Source: Candidatus Saccharimonadota bacterium (lineage in GTDB: Archaea > Micrarchaeota > Micrarchaeia > Micrarchaeales > Micrarchaeaceae). From it: DNA of 32,000 nt. Each line of letters starts with the position of its first letter. Positions within the stretch are counted from its first letter, which is position 1. Position numbers and translations under genes: made by a program. Positions 14,819 to 22,585 of this stretch are shown in pieces. Location: NCBI GenBank assembly GCA_963705375.1, contig OY970071.1, forward strand, positions 630,001-662,000, in the 5' to 3' direction. The notes beneath the pieces were generated by a model. The model ran no database searches. It was given only the letters and a program-made list of their open reading frames with translations, and had not been told where the DNA came from.

Positions 14819-16723
14819 TCACCACACCACTAGAAGGACCATCACCACTATTGCGCCCACGACCAACAAAGGCACGTAAACATCTTCCCGTCCTTCTGTC
14901 ATTATACGTAGAGCAGATCCAAAGCGTGCGGCAGATCCAGCGCTACGTCTCATGAACAGATACAGTGCGTGATCGAAAACATAAACGACATTCGAGATCG
15001 CAAGCACTGCGCGCGCAACATACTGGTAGAAAATGTTGACAAGCACACCGTTGTACATCACAGCATACAGGCCGAGATGCTTCTTCATGTTGTACGGATT
15101 TGGATGAAGATACAGAACGTATGCAAATGCAAAGCCGGCTATTGCGGCAGCACACTCGATTATCACAGTCACAGACGCTGCGTTCAGCACGACCTTGCCG
15201 AAAGTCACAAAGAATGCAGGCAGGTACATGTACATGTGCGCGGAAAACGACAGCATTGTCAGCACTGCATGTGCATAAAACAATGCAAGACCCTCCAAAG
15301 CAGTGTTTTCAGAGGCGAAGCCAAGAGCGGCCGTGCCAAAAGTCCCAAGAAATTTGGGCAGGTACATGTATGCGAATGAAGAAAACACAGTAAGAGCCTC
15401 AAGCGCGTAGATGGGCACCATTATCGATATCGGCATTGTACTGTATATCCCTTTGATTTCACTGCGTGCGCCTGGGCGCATCGGCACTAATGCCCACTTG
15501 AACGCATATATGCTGCTTGCCATGCTCACGAGTACAAGGGCGGAATACACGAACATGTTCGATGATGCTGCGATCCCTATGCTTGATGATGCAAAAAATC
15601 CGCTAAGTGGAAACATGCCTGCGACTGAAACTGCACCTATTAGCGTAGCCAGAAAAAGAGGAGAGTGCAAAGACGGGCTGCGAATCCTGTAAATGTCGTC
15701 CTCATTGTCATTCGCGAGCATCATGGCACCAGCGCACATGAATAGCAGCGCAGTATAGAACGTCTGCACGATGAAAAGCAGCATAGCCGCGGACAGGGCA
15801 TTGAAACCCAATGCGACCACGATTAGGCCCAGGTTCCCTATCGCGGAATACGCAAGCATGCGCTTTATATTGCTCTCCGCCAACGCGTTTGACACACTGA
15901 GAAGCGCAGTCACCAATCCAGACACAACAAGAAGTCCAAGAAGGTCGTATCTTGCAAAAAGAGGAAGCAGCACGACCAGCAGGAACACGCCCGCTTTGGG
16001 CATCGTTGAAGAGAGGAGTAATGCCGATGACGGCGCAGGCGCTTCCATTGCATCGGGAAGCCATTCGTTGAATGGAAATTGCGCAGATTTGGTAAATGCG
16101 GCCACAATCAGCAACATGAGCGCGAACCCGACCTCTGGTTTTGATGGCGCTTGGAGCACTCCTGCAAAGCTAAGCGCCCCGTACGCGTTCCAGAGCAGCA
16201 GCATCGCGACGAACATAAGGATGTCGCCTAACAGCACGATTGTCATTGCCTTCCTTGCCGCGCCTTGGGCCTTGGCATTGGCATGCCAGAAGCCTATGAG
16301 CAGATAACTGGCAAGGCTGATGAGCTCCCAGCTTATTAGAAGCGTGATGAAGTTTGCAGATATTGCGAACAGCATCATCGATGCAGCGAATATGCACATC
16401 TCGAAATAATACCTGCCCTGTTCGCTTGGTACCTTCATGAAACCTAAGGAGTACACGAACATTATCATGGTTAGCGCTGCAACAAGAAGAAGCATGAGCG
16501 CATTCAGCTGCTGCAGCTCGGTCATGATGCTGAAAGTGAAACCTGGAACACTGAACCAGGTAATGGTTTGAAGGCCTGTGTTGTTCATAACAAGGTACAG
16601 AGCGAGAAGCAGGCTAAGGACGCTTGCAAAAAGGGAAACATAGCCAGACATGTGCCTATCGTTCAGCAGCACCGCGATGAGCGCAGCAACAAGAAGCGGC
16701 ACGGTTACGAGTATAGTGAGCAT
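14819..16723 (-). CDS. nuoL: NADH-quinone oxidoreductase subunit L (antiporter-like)
   Basis: 634-aa ORF with LISWELISLASYLLIGFWH, the NuoL/ND5 N-terminal motif. A long C-terminal helix/anchor region follows. The gene is 1 nt from nuoM and 1 nt from nuoK. Confidence 0.9.
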   Translation of the reverse strand: MLTILVTVPLLVAALIAVLLNDRHMSGYVSLFASVLSLLLALYLVMNNTGLQTITWFSVPGFTFSIMTELQQLNALMLLLVAALTMIMFVYSLGFMKVPSEQGRYYFEMCIFAASMMLFAISANFITLLISWELISLASYLLIGFWHANAKAQGAARKAMTIVLLGDILMFVAMLLLWNAYGALSFAGVLQAPSKPEVGFALMLLIVAAFTKSAQFPFNEWLPDAMEAPAPSSALLLSSTMPKAGVFLLVVLLPLFARYDLLGLLVVSGLVTALLSVSNALAESNIKRMLAYSAIGNLGLIVVALGFNALSAAMLLFIVQTFYTALLFMCAGAMMLANDNEDDIYRIRSPSLHSPLFLATLIGAVSVAGMFPLSGFFASSSIGIAASSNMFVYSALVLVSMASSIYAFKWALVPMRPGARSEIKGIYSTMPISIMVPIYALEALTVFSSFAYMYLPKFLGTFGTAALGFASENTALEGLALFYAHAVLTMLSFSAHMYMYLPAFFVTFGKVVLNAASVTVIIECAAAIAGFAFAYVLYLHPNPYNMKKHLGLYAVMYNGVLVNIFYQYVARAVLAISNVVYVFDHALYLFMRRSAGSAARFGSALRIMTEGREDVYVPLLVVGAIVVMVLLVVW

Positions 16724-16724
16724 A

Positions 16725-17024
16725 TCAATGCCTAAGCTTCGAAAGCTTCGTCAAGTCCATGCTCGAGTTCCATTTTGCCGTATAATGATACAGCACTATG
16801 AACGCCATGGTTTCTGCAGACGCAACAGACCACAATGAAAGCAGCAGAGGGAGCACGCTGCTTGTAGAGCTGTAATAGAACAGCGTCACTGCAAGAAGTG
16901 TGCTAGCGAGCAGCATCACCTCTATAGAGAGCCCCATCATAAGGAAGTGTTTGCTTGATGTGACACCTCCTGTGCCTAGCGCAAATATGGCAATACTCAG
17001 TGCTATGAAATAAATTGCTATCAT
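16725..17024 (-). CDS. nuoK: NADH-quinone oxidoreductase subunit K
   Basis: 99 aa with three TM helices. A membrane Glu is present in LSIEVMLLA, plus SVASAETMAF. It overlaps nuoJ by 4 nt. Confidence 0.85.
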   Translation of the reverse strand: MIAIYFIALSIAIFALGTGGVTSSKHFLMMGLSIEVMLLASTLLAVTLFYYSSTSSVLPLLLSLWSVASAETMAFIVLYHYTAKWNSSMDLTKLSKLRH

Positions 17025-17488
17025 CCCACTCGCCTCAGCAGCACTATAGTGCCTGTTCCTACTCCGAAAAGCATGAACACCAGGACATAGAGCATAGTAA
17101 TGTTTTGTGAAAGGCTTGAAGCTATAGCCTGTTCGGAAAGCACACTACCTTGAGTGCCAAGAAACGTGGCATGTGATGCTCCGTAATACATAGCTGCAAA
17201 GAATCCAAACGCGAGCAGGGCAAGAAGTACGCGGTTTATGCGCAGATGATTGTGGGCATCTGTGCTCGCTACGGCCACAATCAGATATGTCGCAATTCCA
17301 CCCACCATGACAAACAGCTGCATCAGCGCAAGAAGCGGCTGTTCAAGCGTGAGAAATATCAGTGAGACAGCAAAGAATGCAGCTGTAAGAGAAACAACGG
17401 CATGCAGCTGTTCCTTCAGCAAGAAGAGCATGACAAGTGACACCAACTCGAACAGCGAGAGCACGACAAACAACGCAAATTGCAGCAT
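17021..17488 (-). CDS. nuoJ: NADH-quinone oxidoreductase subunit J
   Basis: 155-aa hydrophobic ORF located between nuoI and nuoK. The assignment rests mainly on position, size and TM pattern. Confidence 0.7.
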   Translation of the reverse strand: MLQFALFVVLSLFELVSLVMLFLLKEQLHAVVSLTAAFFAVSLIFLTLEQPLLALMQLFVMVGGIATYLIVAVASTDAHNHLRINRVLLALLAFGFFAAMYYGASHATFLGTQGSVLSEQAIASSLSQNITMLYVLVFMLFGVGTGTIVLLRRVG

Positions 17489-17495
17489 CGAACCA

Positions 17496-17861
17496 CTAGT
17501 CCAGCTCTTCAGGCCTCTTTATGAAATCGCGCCTGTCGTAGCGCTCCAAGCCATCATAACACTTGGTGAGCGTCAGGCATCCTGTCGGGCACACCTCCTC
17601 GCACAAGCCACAAAAAAGGCAGCGCTCCAAGTTTATTTCTGGCATCTTCTTTGTGCCGCGTTCAGTATCCGTATCGACCATCGATATTGTGCTGTTGGGG
17701 CATATGAGCGCGCACGACGCGCAGCTTATGCACGTCTTCATGTCGAGCTTCTGGACACCACGGTAATTGTCAGCAACAATCGCCCTCTGTTCAGGGAACT
17801 CGAGAGTTGACGGCTTGCTCAGAATTTCGCGCACCACCTTTGTCACTGGATTCTTCACCAT
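17496..17861 (-). CDS. nuoI: NADH-quinone oxidoreductase subunit I (2x[4Fe-4S] ferredoxin-like)
   Basis: 121 aa with two CxxCxxCxxxCP motifs: CISCASCALICP and CLFCGLCEEVCP. It directly abuts nuoH. Confidence 0.9.
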   Translation of the reverse strand: MVKNPVTKVVREILSKPSTLEFPEQRAIVADNYRGVQKLDMKTCISCASCALICPNSTISMVDTDTERGTKKMPEINLERCLFCGLCEEVCPTGCLTLTKCYDGLERYDRRDFIKRPEELD

Positions 17862-18908
17862 CTACCTCACGAACAATATGAATGTAACTAATAAATTGAC
17901 CACTGCAAGCAGAGTTAGGTACAGCCAGCTCATCCGGAGAACTCTGTTTATTTTCATCCTCACGGTCGTGACCCTGAGCAATATGATGAGAAGCGCAACC
18001 AATGCGACCTTGGACATCAGGACCAAGAACTGGGGCACAATGGCCATGCTGTTCCACCCTCCAAGGAAAAGCTCTGAAATAAGCAGCGAGCCCACGAAGA
18101 GTCTTGTGTAATCGACCAGCGCCGAAAGGCAGTAATAAGGTGCAGGCACGTCTGTAAGCCGGCCTGCTATCAGCTCGCTGTCCGCTTCTCCGAGGTCGAA
18201 GGGAGGCCTCTCGAGTCCAGCGAGCAGCACCACAAAGAACACGATGAATCCGATAGGCATCATCACAACGAACCACATTTGCCGCTGCATGCCGACAATC
18301 GTGCTCATGCTGAAGCTGTTGGCCAGCATGGCAACAGATGCAACTACGAGCAGAAGAGGTATCTGGTAGCTGGTCTGCACGACTGCGGACCTGTAAGCCC
18401 CTACGGAGGCGTATTTGTTGCCGCTGGTCCAGCCTAGAAGGAATAACAGCAGCGGCAAGAACGAGAGCAGCACAAATATTGCAAGCATGCCAAATGTTGT
18501 GTTCACTCCGATGAAGGCGCCGTTCATAGGGATGAGCACAAGAACGACGAACAGCAGGGCGGCGAGCAGAGGCAGCGCTGCCTTGAATATCGGCTTGTCC
18601 GCATTGTCGGGCATTATGCCTTCCTTTGACATCAGCTTGAAGAAATCTGCAACGTTCTGCATCATGCCGTATTTTCCTACGTATGTAGGGCCGCGCCTGG
18701 ACTGTGAACGTGCGACGGCCTTGCGTTCTATCCACACAAAGAGGAAAATGAAAATGAAAACCAGCAGAGTCATGATGGCCGCAAAAGCGATAAGCGATAA
18801 AAGCAAGGACATATCCGCAAGAGCCGGCTTCGAAGCTACGGAAGGGGCAAGCGCATCGTATATTGAAGTGTAGTAAGCGCTCACCGCAGGAGAGCCGATC
18901 TGAGGCAT
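17862..18908 (-). CDS. nuoH: NADH-quinone oxidoreductase subunit H
   Basis: 348-aa ORF with ARSQSRRGPTYVGKYGMMQNVADFFKLMSKEG, the NuoH/ND1 signature. ATG at 18908 lies 20 nt downstream of a TATA box. Confidence 0.9.
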   Translation of the reverse strand: MPQIGSPAVSAYYTSIYDALAPSVASKPALADMSLLLSLIAFAAIMTLLVFIFIFLFVWIERKAVARSQSRRGPTYVGKYGMMQNVADFFKLMSKEGIMPDNADKPIFKAALPLLAALLFVVLVLIPMNGAFIGVNTTFGMLAIFVLLSFLPLLLFLLGWTSGNKYASVGAYRSAVVQTSYQIPLLLVVASVAMLANSFSMSTIVGMQRQMWFVVMMPIGFIVFFVVLLAGLERPPFDLGEADSELIAGRLTDVPAPYYCLSALVDYTRLFVGSLLISELFLGGWNSMAIVPQFLVLMSKVALVALLIILLRVTTVRMKINRVLRMSWLYLTLLAVVNLLVTFILFVR

Positions 18909-18927
18909 AGAACTAGATGGAAACTTG

Positions 18928-18939
18928 CTTTTATATTAC
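18928..18939. promoter_or_regulatory. TATA box (cttttatattac; minus sense gtaatataaaag) heading the nuoH operon, shared with the divergent small gene
   Basis: It is the only A/T box in the 64-nt gap. It lies about 20 nt from the nuoH ATG and about 34 nt from the ATG at 18973 (+). Confidence 0.55.
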
Positions 18940-18972
18940 TATATGAGATTACTATACGAGTATGGTGCTTGC

Positions 18973-19239
18973 ATGGTGATAGATGGAAAAACTGCCGAGA
19001 TACTGCGGCAAGGTTACGCAAGGATAAAGGTGAAAAGGGCAGGCATGCTTCAATTCCAGGTGTTCAAGGTCAAGAGGGCAGAAATTGGCGGAGAAACCTT
19101 TGTTGAACTTTTCCTAGACAGGCTGTTGGACATGAGCGAGATGGTGCGCGTTGCAAACGAGACCGGCTTGCCGGTAGAGGCGGAGACCCGGCGCGTGTTC
19201 CCTGAGGGCAAGGGCGCAAAGGACTTTACAAATCTTTAG
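18973..19239 (+). CDS. small hypothetical protein (88 aa)
   Basis: Track ORF 18925..19239 begins at a TTG inside the TATA box. ATG 18973 (MVIDGKTAEILRQGY...) fits the TATA spacing; ATG 18943 is the alternative. No family recognised. The stop overlaps the convergent gene by 4 nt. Confidence 0.45.
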   Translation: MVIDGKTAEILRQGYARIKVKRAGMLQFQVFKVKRAEIGGETFVELFLDRLLDMSEMVRVANETGLPVEAETRRVFPEGKGAKDFTNL

Positions 19240-20984
19240 TGGAGCGCCTGGTTGGTCACGTTTAGAGTTCCGGCTATTGACTGGGTAGAGTTCATGTACG
19301 TGTAGTTCATGGCAAACGCGTAATTCGTGTAAAGGCTTGCGATTGTGCCTACCGGAATGCTTATGCACGCCACAGAGATGTTTACGTGGCTGTTGCCGTT
19401 GACGGTTACGTTAAAGGTCTCGTTCTGCCTCAGACCAGGGGCAAAGCAGGACAGCGTGTTTATTCTAAGAGGTTTTGGAAACTTGTTGCTTATGTTGAGG
19501 TATGCGGTATTGTATGAATAGTCGAAACCGGTGACGTTGCAGCCTATCGAAGCGTTTCTTAATGAACATGTATTTTTGAACGTGGACTTCCACGTGATGA
19601 TGTTGCTAACATTGAGTGCGTTTAGAAGCTCTACGCCATTCACGTGCGCGAGGGTTAGATCGCTAAGGTTGACTAGAGAATAGAGACTGAGCCTGTACGA
19701 GTTGGTCAGCTCGGTCGTGTTCACCATCCCAAAGTTGCTCGCGTTGCTTGTCGGATGCACATAGACAGAGCAGACGCTCACGTCATTACCTGTATAGATG
19801 AGGCCTCTGCATAGAGGTCTTGTCCCTTCGAAAGAAGTAGTGTTCTGGACTTCGTTTGTAAAGAAGCCGTGTGCGTTCTCGAAGAAATCCACTATTGAGA
19901 GCGTGTTTCCGTATATGAGCGAGGACCCTATCGAAGAAGAGTTAATATAGATGAAATGCTGCTGGTACGCCACCATGCCTTTATTGGCCTTTATCTGCGC
20001 CACAATCGTGTTACTCTCTTCAGACACATACTTTTTGCCCGCTATGTCCAGGCATGTGCGTGCATGGCTGTTGTTGAAATAGGAGAAGATTTTTGTCCAG
20101 CCACCACTGTACAGGTAGCATATGCTCGTGGTGCCGTTGACCGCAAGGTAACCCACATTGGTGCCATTTATGCTAGTGTTGAACTGCCTGAGGTAGAAAG
20201 ATGAGAGAACGTAGTTCACAAGCGATGGTTGAACCTCTCCCTGTATCCACATAGAATAGGCAGTCGTGTTGTCCGCATACCTGACATAGGCTCCGTTGGC
20301 GGTGCTTATGGCCACATAGAGATTTTCGAACAGCTTGATTAGCACATTCCGTGCCGGAGAGAACAGATTGGTAAAAATGCTGACGTTGTATTTGCTTGCG
20401 GTCGCAGCTGCGGCGACAAGCCCGGTAGGGGTTAGCGAGAAGCTCTGAGTGTATGTGATGTTGCTGTTGGGCAACGATGCATACACGTCAGGTTTTTCAG
20501 TTTGATTTATCACCATAGAAACTGAGCTCTGCACCGCGCTCCTGTCTTTTATTGCTAGCACATCTGCAGGATCGGCAACTGCAGAGAAAGTGTAGTTGCC
20601 AGGGTTAAGATAAGTATAGTTATCGACCACTTGCACCGTCCTACCAGCAGGCACATCCACTGAGCTGTAACGAATAGCGGAGCCATCCATATAGAAGCCG
20701 ACGGTCAGGCCCTTTATGCTTGAACTGCCTTTGTTTGTGATGTTGACCAAAAAGTATGATGTCTGGTAAGGATACGATACGGGAGTGTTGGTGCTAAGCG
20801 AGACAGATACGCGGTAGTTTTCTAATACGTTGCGCCCAACAGTCTGAAACACATTCACGAGAAACGCAACAGCGACCACAACGACCACAGCCAGCACAAA
20901 GTAAAACAGAAGGCTTGTGCGAGAGGTCTTTCCCTCTATTTTAGAGTCATTTGCAGAACCACTATTTCCTTTCATAACCATCAT
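19236..20984 (-). CDS. large N-terminally anchored, heavily sequon-decorated surface protein (582 aa; S-layer/adhesin-like candidate)
   Basis: The N-terminus has charged residues followed by a TM helix (LLFYFVLAVVVVVAVAFLV). I count roughly 25-27 N-x-S/T sequons by hand. The C-terminal 110 aa form a four-Cys domain homologous to the pilin-like protein at 26957. The ATG overlaps the upstream gene's stop (ATGA). Confidence 0.7.
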   Translation of the reverse strand: MMVMKGNSGSANDSKIEGKTSRTSLLFYFVLAVVVVVAVAFLVNVFQTVGRNVLENYRVSVSLSTNTPVSYPYQTSYFLVNITNKGSSSIKGLTVGFYMDGSAIRYSSVDVPAGRTVQVVDNYTYLNPGNYTFSAVADPADVLAIKDRSAVQSSVSMVINQTEKPDVYASLPNSNITYTQSFSLTPTGLVAAAATASKYNVSIFTNLFSPARNVLIKLFENLYVAISTANGAYVRYADNTTAYSMWIQGEVQPSLVNYVLSSFYLRQFNTSINGTNVGYLAVNGTTSICYLYSGGWTKIFSYFNNSHARTCLDIAGKKYVSEESNTIVAQIKANKGMVAYQQHFIYINSSSIGSSLIYGNTLSIVDFFENAHGFFTNEVQNTTSFEGTRPLCRGLIYTGNDVSVCSVYVHPTSNASNFGMVNTTELTNSYRLSLYSLVNLSDLTLAHVNGVELLNALNVSNIITWKSTFKNTCSLRNASIGCNVTGFDYSYNTAYLNISNKFPKPLRINTLSCFAPGLRQNETFNVTVNGNSHVNISVACISIPVGTIASLYTNYAFAMNYTYMNSTQSIAGTLNVTNQALH

Positions 20985-21439
20985 CTTGTCCTGAGAGCTT
21001 TCATCGCTATTGTGACCTTGTCTCTTATCGGCCCAATCTGCATATCAAGATAGTTCTGTATCCATGAATCGGCATCGTACTTGTCCCCTATGTCGGGCCT
21101 CAGCAGGAAGTACTTGCCCTTCTCGTTGCTTATTATCGTAGCTTTCTTGAGTTGCAGCAGATGGTACCTAAGGGTCTTCTCATTTATTGCACCCCAGCTC
21201 TTCCCGATGTATTCTATGAGCTCGGGCACTGTCGGATCCTTCCTGTCGGTGAACTGAAAATACAGTATAGCGTCGAGCACGGACACCGCGCTTAGCCTGG
21301 TTTCGCCAGGGCTTATCACACCAAGCGCGAGTGCGAGCCATCTGACTATGGACCTTCTGGTCTCCATGACCTCCTTTGTCATCTGAAGGTTCCTCAATGT
21401 AAGCTCGCGCTCGATTAGCTTTGCTTCGTTCACCTTCAT
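20981..21439 (-). CDS. winged-helix transcriptional regulator-like protein (152 aa)
   Basis: TVPELIEYIGKSWGAINEKTLRYHLLQLKKATIISNEKGKYFLL is an HTH plus wing pattern. The track ORF starts at TTG 21463. ATG 21439 lies 28 nt downstream of TATA agatatttatagg. Confidence 0.6.
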   Translation of the reverse strand: MKVNEAKLIERELTLRNLQMTKEVMETRRSIVRWLALALGVISPGETRLSAVSVLDAILYFQFTDRKDPTVPELIEYIGKSWGAINEKTLRYHLLQLKKATIISNEKGKYFLLRPDIGDKYDADSWIQNYLDMQIGPIRDKVTIAMKALRTR

Positions 21440-21467
21440 GAAAAGCACATGCGAAAATCTCAATTCA

Positions 21468-21480
21468 CCTATAAATATCT
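21468..21480. promoter_or_regulatory. bidirectional TATA box (cctataaatatct)
   Basis: It lies 18 nt from the ATG at 21499 (+) and 28 nt from the ATG at 21439 (-). It contains the TAAATATCT core. Confidence 0.55.
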
Positions 21481-21498
21481 TTTGTGAACAATCAGATT

Positions 21499-21858
21499 AT
21501 GGCGAAGATGCAGGTCACTGTGAAATTCGACCCGCAGACGCTGAAGTCTTACAAGAGAAACGACGTCACCATGAATCTCACCTTGGAGAATGTGGATGAA
21601 TCCAAGCTGTACTGGTGCGAATGCGAGATTGCAGTGAAATCGCCGTTGTCTCTGGCGATAGACTGCGAGCTCGATGCCGGACGAGCAAGGATAGGCATAG
21701 TCAAGCCTTCAGAAGGCAAGAGCAAGCAGATAAAGCTGTACACGAGACCTAGCAACTTTCCGGACAGCTACAAGGTCGGCATCACCACCTATGTCTATGA
21801 GGATGACGGCACCATAGCGGAGAGGCTTGAGCAGACAGAGAGCATAGTGTGCGTCTGA
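21499..21858 (+). CDS. hypothetical protein (119 aa)
   Basis: Track ORF 21484..21858 starts at a GTG. The first ATG is 21499 (MAKMQVTVKF...). The composition looks beta-rich. No family recognised. Confidence 0.5.
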   Translation: MAKMQVTVKFDPQTLKSYKRNDVTMNLTLENVDESKLYWCECEIAVKSPLSLAIDCELDAGRARIGIVKPSEGKSKQIKLYTRPSNFPDSYKVGITTYVYEDDGTIAERLEQTESIVCV

Positions 21859-22079
21859 TGCCGAGAACCTACAGGATAAGCAAGGGGAACGACTCTGTTT
21901 TTGTGACTATAGACGATAGCGGAGCATACATAATAAGAGATAACGCTGGCAGAAAGGTGTTCCTGTCAAGATACCAGGCACAGCTCATGAAGTTTGGGAT
22001 AGAGAATCTGCTGAAAGACACATTCGAGAACGTGGACACCAAGGATGTTGTTGTGGAAGAAGTGAAGTACAAGGAATAG
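21858..22079 (+). CDS. hypothetical protein (73 aa)
   Basis: ATG 21858 overlaps the upstream stop (TGATG), suggesting translational coupling. The protein starts MPRTYRISKGNDSVFVTIDD... No family recognised. Confidence 0.45.
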   Translation: MPRTYRISKGNDSVFVTIDDSGAYIIRDNAGRKVFLSRYQAQLMKFGIENLLKDTFENVDTKDVVVEEVKYKE

Positions 22080-22096
22080 CTACAGCAATTGTGTCT

Positions 22097-22276
22097 TTAC
22101 TTTGCTTGCTGCTTTGATTTACTATGCTTTCCGAGTACCTGGCGCGGCTTCCTGCGCATCACCGCGCCGTTCTTATAGCAGCGGCTTGAGCAGTAATAGC
22201 TGATGTTCCCTATTTTAGAAACGAACATTATGCCTGTGCCCTTTCTGACTTCCGATAAGCAGTAGCTGCATTTCAT
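22097..22276 (-). CDS. rpl24e: 50S ribosomal protein L24e
   Basis: This gene is not in the ORF track because it is 59 aa. The hand translation is MKCSYCLSEVRKGTGIMFVSKIGNISYYCSSRCYKNGAVMRRKPRQVLGKHSKSKQQAK. It has the L24e pattern C..C...I..G.G.M.V...G....FCSSKC, and sits in the conserved position after L7Ae and S28e. Confidence 0.85.
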   Translation of the reverse strand: MKCSYCLSEVRKGTGIMFVSKIGNISYYCSSRCYKNGAVMRRKPRQVLGKHSKSKQQAK

Positions 22277-22284
22277 AAAAACGC

Positions 22285-22569
22285 CTACTTGACTTTTATC
22301 TCTCTCGCTTCTCTGCTTGTGTCAGGAAGCCTTATCACATCGCCGATCTTTACCGGACCCAGAACGTTCCTTCGTATGATCCTGTTGCTGTCTTTCAGTC
22401 CTGGCGCAGGAAGTATCTTGCATGACACAGAGTATATCTCCCCGGATATGCCCGTCTTGACTTCTCTAACAACATCGATAATCTCTGCCAAGTAACCTTC
22501 GAACGCTACAACCTTCTGCTGCGGTTGCGGGTTCTGCGGGTTCTGCTGGGGTTGCTGCTCTGCTGCCAT
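22285..22569 (-). CDS. rps28e: 30S ribosomal protein S28e with Q/P-rich N-terminal extension
   Basis: The C-terminal 70 aa match S28e (AEIIDVV...TGISGEIYSVSCKIL......RIIRRNVLGPVKIGDVIRLPDTSREAREIK). The first ~20 aa read MAAEQQPQQNPQNPQPQQ. Confidence 0.9.
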   Translation of the reverse strand: MAAEQQPQQNPQNPQPQQKVVAFEGYLAEIIDVVREVKTGISGEIYSVSCKILPAPGLKDSNRIIRRNVLGPVKIGDVIRLPDTSREAREIKVK

Positions 22570-22585
22570 ATATCATCACGATTGT

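Noticed and set aside
12051-16400. Many 60-190-aa ORFs antisense to or out of frame with nuoL, nuoM and nuoN (for example 14054..14632, 15771..16307 and 14969..15379).
   Set aside because: They are all nested in strongly supported nuo genes. Their translations are compositionally aberrant and have no independent signals.
17791-18735. A 314-aa ORF in an alternative frame on the same strand as nuoH, extending into nuoI.
   Set aside because: It is an Arg/Ala/Cys-rich, low-complexity translation, typical of an off-frame read through a codon-biased membrane-protein gene. It has no start context or promoter, and nuoH fully explains the locus.
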